DNA from: Mobula hypostoma | Lineage: Eukaryota | Reading direction: 5' to 3' | Assembly (NCBI RefSeq): GCF_963921235.1 | Contig: NC_086101.1 | Location: forward strand, 30,070,001-30,134,000 | DNA length: 64,000 bases | Shown: positions 62,500 through 64,000 of the stretch, one piece after another | Layout: the number at the start of each line of letters is the position of its first letter | How positions within the stretch are numbered: the stretch's first letter is position 1 | Translations under genes and position numbers: made by a program | The notes under the pieces: model-generated | Database searches by the model: none | Seen by the model: the letters and a program-made list of their open reading frames with translations, nothing else | Told to the model about the DNA's origin: nothing

Positions 62500-63640
62500 G
62501 ACTAGACACTGGCAACCAACCAGAACAAAAACTCTATTCCCACTGTTTGCCTCTTGCCGACCAGCCAGTTTTCTATCCATGTTACTATCTTTCATGTGAT
62601 ACCATCACTTCTTATCTTGTTAAACAGCCTCATGTATGGTCCCTTGACAAAGGCCTTATGAAAATCGAAGTTAACGTCATCAGACTCTCCTTTGTCTATC
62701 TTGCTTGTATCTTTCCTCAATGCATTGTAGGTATCCTCAGGCATGATTTCTCCCTTAGAAAACCATGTTGTCTTATGCCTGTTTTATCATGTGCCTCACA
62801 GTACCCTGAAACTTCATCCTTTATAATAGACTCCAACAACTTTCTAACCACTGAAGTCAGTCAACTGGCTTATAAATTCCTTTCCTCTGCTCCCTCTATT
62901 TGTAAAGGATGAGAGTGACATTTGCAGTTTCCAACTCCTCAGGAGATATTCCAAAATCTAGTGATTCTTCAAAGATCATTACTAATATCTCCTCAATCTC
63001 TTCATCTACCTCTTTCTGAACACTGTGCTCCATCTGGTCCAGACCTTTCAGCTTGCCAAGCAGCTACTCCTTCGTAAGAGCAACTACAACTCACATCTGC
63101 CCTCTGCCACACTCGAATTTCTGACACACTGCTGGTGACTTCCACATTGCACACTGATGCAGAATACTTATTAAGTTAATTCACTATTTCTTTATTCCCC
63201 ATTAATACCTCTTCAACATACTTTTCCAATGGTTCAATATTCACTCTTGCCTCTCATTTAATCTTATAGACAGTAGACAACAGACAATAGGTGCAGGAGT
63301 AGGCCATTTGGCCCTTCGAGCCAGCACCACCATTCATTGTGATCATGGCTAATCATCCACAATCAGTATCCAGTTCCTGCCTTATCCCCATAACCTTTGA
63401 TTCCGCTATCGTTAAGAGCTCTATCCACCTCTTTCTTGAAAGCATCCAGAGACTTGGCCTCCACAGCCTTCTGGGGCAGAGCATTCCATATATCCACCAC
63501 TCTCTGGGTGAAATATCTTTATATATTTGTAAAATGTTTTGTAGCCTCTTTTATATTATTGGCTAGTTTACCTTCATATTTCATCTTTTCTCTTTTTGTG
63601 CCTTTTTAGTTTCTTTCTGTTATTTTTTAAAAGCTTTCCA
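62500..63640 (-). mobile_element. CR1 RT fragment with a nested younger CR1 3' end (~63268-63512)
   Basis: Reverse RT motifs. The nested piece starts GACAGTAGACAACAGACAATAGGTGCAGGAGTAGGCC. Confidence 0.8.
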
Positions 63641-64000
63641 ATTCTCTGGTCCGGTGACTACTGGACTTTGTTTGGGAATCAAACTTTCACATTGCCCACT
63701 TCAACAAAGAAACAAAGACACTGCCATTTGATACAGTCACCCAGTGATTTAACCACATAACAATCCTTTAATGTTTTGCAGCTTGCTCCATAATACTAAA
63801 GCAATTCACAACATATTAACAATATCCATTTAAAGCCTAATAACAGCATACCAAAATCTGAGTGCTACCAATATATTTTCTGATGAGTTTCAGAATTCCT
63901 GGAAGCTCACTTTTATTCACTTCTGACAAGGAGGTTAAGCACAATGTTTCAAATATAGAACGTTGAGCACTGCACAAGATAGGCCCTTTGGCCCATGATA

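Noticed and set aside
1-64000. CRISPR arrays, rRNA, tRNA genes or prokaryotic operons
   Set aside because: None seen. The sequence is intron-containing vertebrate DNA, and tRNA-like pieces are only decayed SINE heads.

Overview
Vertebrate genomic DNA, most likely a cartilaginous fish and probably a ray. That taxon call is inferred from the repeat families (CR1, Penelope, Rex1/Babar, V-SINE, Deu-SINE-like) and was not searched. The only host gene I can support is a complete five-exon MHC class I-like gene on the + strand. Its exons are leader 6321-6372, alpha1 15605-15856, alpha2 19690-19965, alpha3 23010-23282 and TM/cytoplasmic 34111-34328. All introns are phase 1 GT-AG, and the joined 1071-nt CDS gives 356 aa plus stop. 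The protein is non-classical: most peptide-anchoring residues are lost, the groove is hydrophobic (CD1-like), alpha2 has three extra Cys and the N86 glycan site is missing. Upstream is a class I-like X2/Y/CCAAT/TATA promoter, preceded by a ~360-bp tandem duplication. A ~480-bp direct repeat brackets the alpha3 exon. The rest is retroelement-rich: many CR1 and Rex1/Babar LINE fragments, an L2, a decayed env-bearing endogenous retrovirus, and Penelope-like elements. The Penelope copies carry minimal hammerhead ribozymes and include a 1.8-kb inverted insertion and a 64-bp micro-insertion, each with an 11-bp TSD. There is a 134-N assembly gap at 54139-54272. TE boundaries are approximate unless a TSD is given.
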